NCBI GenBank assembly: GCA_905178155.1
Contig: CAJINV010000007.1
Span: 2,027,151 to 2,091,150 of the forward strand
DNA length: 64,000 nucleotides
Source of the DNA: Amoebophrya sp. A120
Taxonomy: Eukaryota > Protista > Dinoflagellata
Reading direction: 5' to 3'
Shown: one piece after another, positions 61,901 through 64,000 of the stretch
How the letters are laid out: each line of letters opens with the position of its first letter
How positions within the stretch are numbered: the first letter of the stretch is position 1
Program-made: the position numbers and the translations under genes
Notes under the pieces: generated by a model
The model's input: the letters and a program-made list of their open reading frames with translations, nothing else
Told to the model about the DNA's origin: nothing
Databases searched by the model: none

Positions 61901-63397
61901 ACTACTTGTGGCAGGTCTGCCCACTTCATGCGAGCACTAGTACCACAACTACTACTACTCCCGCATCCCCCACGATGCTCCCGTTTGTCTTGCAAGGACA
62001 AATCCTCCCAAGTTGTAAGGAGCTGGCGCCTGGGTGCTGAGGGTTCCTGTGCTAGTAGTAATAAATTTTCTCAAGAGGTGGACATCAAGCACAGGGTAGA
62101 ATAGATACAACTACGCTCGGGGGTACCGTTCTTTTCCATTTGGGGACTATTCGTACTTTTAAAGTCTGACGCTCTTACAGTATAGTTCTAGGGGGTAAGC
62201 ATTTGTAGTGCTAAAAATGATTGACCTGAAAATTCTGGTGGATGTCATGTAAAATTAAAGTTGCTATTTTTTTCCTACTGTAACTGTTTTGCTTTTTTTT
62301 GTTTTTTTACTTTTAGTTTTGTGGTTCCTTTGCGAAATTTCATATGATGATGTAATGCTCTACTGATATTGCTGTAGGTTTCTTAACTCTTCAACGTGCA
62401 CGATTTAGTTGTGTAAAAAAATCAAAAAAATGAAAGCGGAAAAAAAATCGACGTGTGATATGAATGCAGTAATACTTTTGATGGTTTGTGATTATGCGTA
62501 CATGGTTAGAAATAGAATGAAAAGCAAAAAAACAAAATGATTTATACTGAGGCTTTCTTGGCTTAAAATGAAATACTTGAGAAAGTAAAAGTTGTAGAAT
62601 GGCCGTAGATACTATGACGAAACTTGATCCGTCCCTTGGTCTGGAATTCTTGTTCTTGATTCCTGCGTAGCCCTAACCTTACAGAAGAAAAGAAGAGTCA
62701 AGTCGTCTGTTTACTATAGTAAGTCGTCGAGTCGAAGTTCTTGCGGCTTCCTATTCGGTAGAGTTTTGTGTTTTGATGATTAATATTGCCCCCTTGCCCT
62801 TTCGTACAGGAGTGCTGTTCTACTGTATCGTGATGAGGACCGGCAGCGCGGCATCGTAAATAGGCGAGCAGGAGAAGTGGTGCGTCTAGATCGAAGAGCC
62901 GCGAGCAAGAGAAGTGCGTCTACATCGAAGAGCAAGCTCCTGTCCAGACGCAACTGATCGAACGCTGCTCCATCTATCAGAAACTCCTGCTGCCTGCAGC
63001 TCCGCTAAGTACCACATCTCGTAGCACCGAAAGAGCGCGGCCGGACAATTATCTTCCGTCAATATCTTCTTGCCTCTAGAAAATGCAACTACCGGCCATG
63101 TTTCGTAAAAGTAGAGAATTAGTGGTGTGACGCAATAATTGGTTTTGTTTGTGATAAGTACTGGAAAAAATCTGAAAGAGTTGAGAAATGTATCGTATGT
63201 TGTTGTGAACGTTTTGAACAAGGTAGATCATAATAAATCATGAGTGTGCAATACGGCAAAAAAAAGATTATAAGCGAATTCGAATTTGTGATAAGTGACG
63301 TTCGTGAGTTCTTTGTGTGTACTGACTTTTTCGCTTAAAAAACAGTTCTGGATCGGCGTCGTGCAAGGAAAAGTCATTCCCCATCGTCCCCACCTGT

Positions 63398-64000
63398 TCA
63401 CCACTTCATCATCTTGCCCTTTCCCTTGCCCTTGCCTTTCGATCCCTTCAAACCTCCCTTCGACCCACCTTTTCCACCCTTCATCATGCCGCCGGAGGCC
63501 TTGCCCTTGCCCATCGACATCATCTTTCCGCCCTTTCCTCCCTTGAAGGGCGGAGGCCCACCAAACGCAGGTCCTCCGTGGTACCCGCCGCCGCCCGATC
63601 CCGACGAGACCTTCGCCACAAACAAAAGCAGTCCAACGGTGATGATGCCCAAGACCACGATGACCACGATTAACACAGCGTGGTCGTGGTCGTAATCGTC
63701 GTCGTGGTTGTGCACTTCGGTCACGTCGGCGGGCCCAGGAACGCAGTCGCTTTCCTCCGTGGCGCTCGTCGCAGCACCGTCGTCTCCATCCCGTTTTAAG
63801 GACGACGACCTCCCGACCGGACACATTTTGCAGCTCGCCTGGCCCACCGTGTCTTGGTAGGTTCCGTCGGGACAGGGGATGCACCCGGTATTGTCCGAGT
63901 CCGCGCCGTATGGATTGTAAAAATGTCTGGGTCTGGAAACTTGTGATGCTGGGTGGCGTCTCATGATGAGGCTACAAATACTGGCTCAGCATGAAAAGTT
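63398..64000 (-). CDS. 3' exon of a type I membrane protein with a GCC2/GCC3 (ephrin-receptor-like Cys) repeat; 5' part outside the window
   Basis: CIPCPDGTYQDTVGQASCKMCPVG..SDC, TM AVLIVVIVVLGIITVGLLLFVA, then a Gly/Lys/Met-rich tail to the stop at 63398. Confidence 0.8.

Noticed and set aside
59600-62100. Probable minus-strand gene with introner-like ends (about 61296-61510 and 61594-61795)
   Set aside because: I could not assemble a consistent reading frame or recognise a product, so it is not called.
1-64000. tRNA, rRNA, spliced-leader RNA or autonomous transposase/recombinase genes
   Set aside because: None recognised by eye. Absence is not proven without covariance-model and HMM searches.

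Overview
Eukaryotic, intron-rich genomic DNA. All 12 gene models I could build lie on the minus strand. The unidirectional gene array, long Ser/Thr/Ala/Gly low-complexity inserts and dominant non-GT-AG, inverted-repeat introns point (inference) to a syndinean dinoflagellate such as Amoebophrya. Hand-spliced genes include a D-aminoacyl-tRNA deacylase (DTD, 9 exons), an Mx/DRP-type dynamin, a RAD5/DNMT5-type SNF2 helicase with a degenerate RING, a Tim17/22/23-family protein, a probable Cabin1/HIR3-like giant protein, a divergent EF-hand protein and several hypothetical proteins. The main signal is a mobile-intron system: more than 25 elements with TA(T)...(A)TA ends, imperfect terminal inverted repeats and a 5-bp direct repeat. 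Removing the element plus one repeat copy restores reading frames and invariant motifs (SQFTL, GEFGA, dynamin GED). Larger non-coding TIR/foldback elements with similar ends are nested inside them, including a 1352-bp palindrome and a cluster of about 4.4 kb (49877-54255) that shows filled and empty insertion sites. No transposase is visible in the window. All splicing models were derived by eye and need RNA-seq confirmation.
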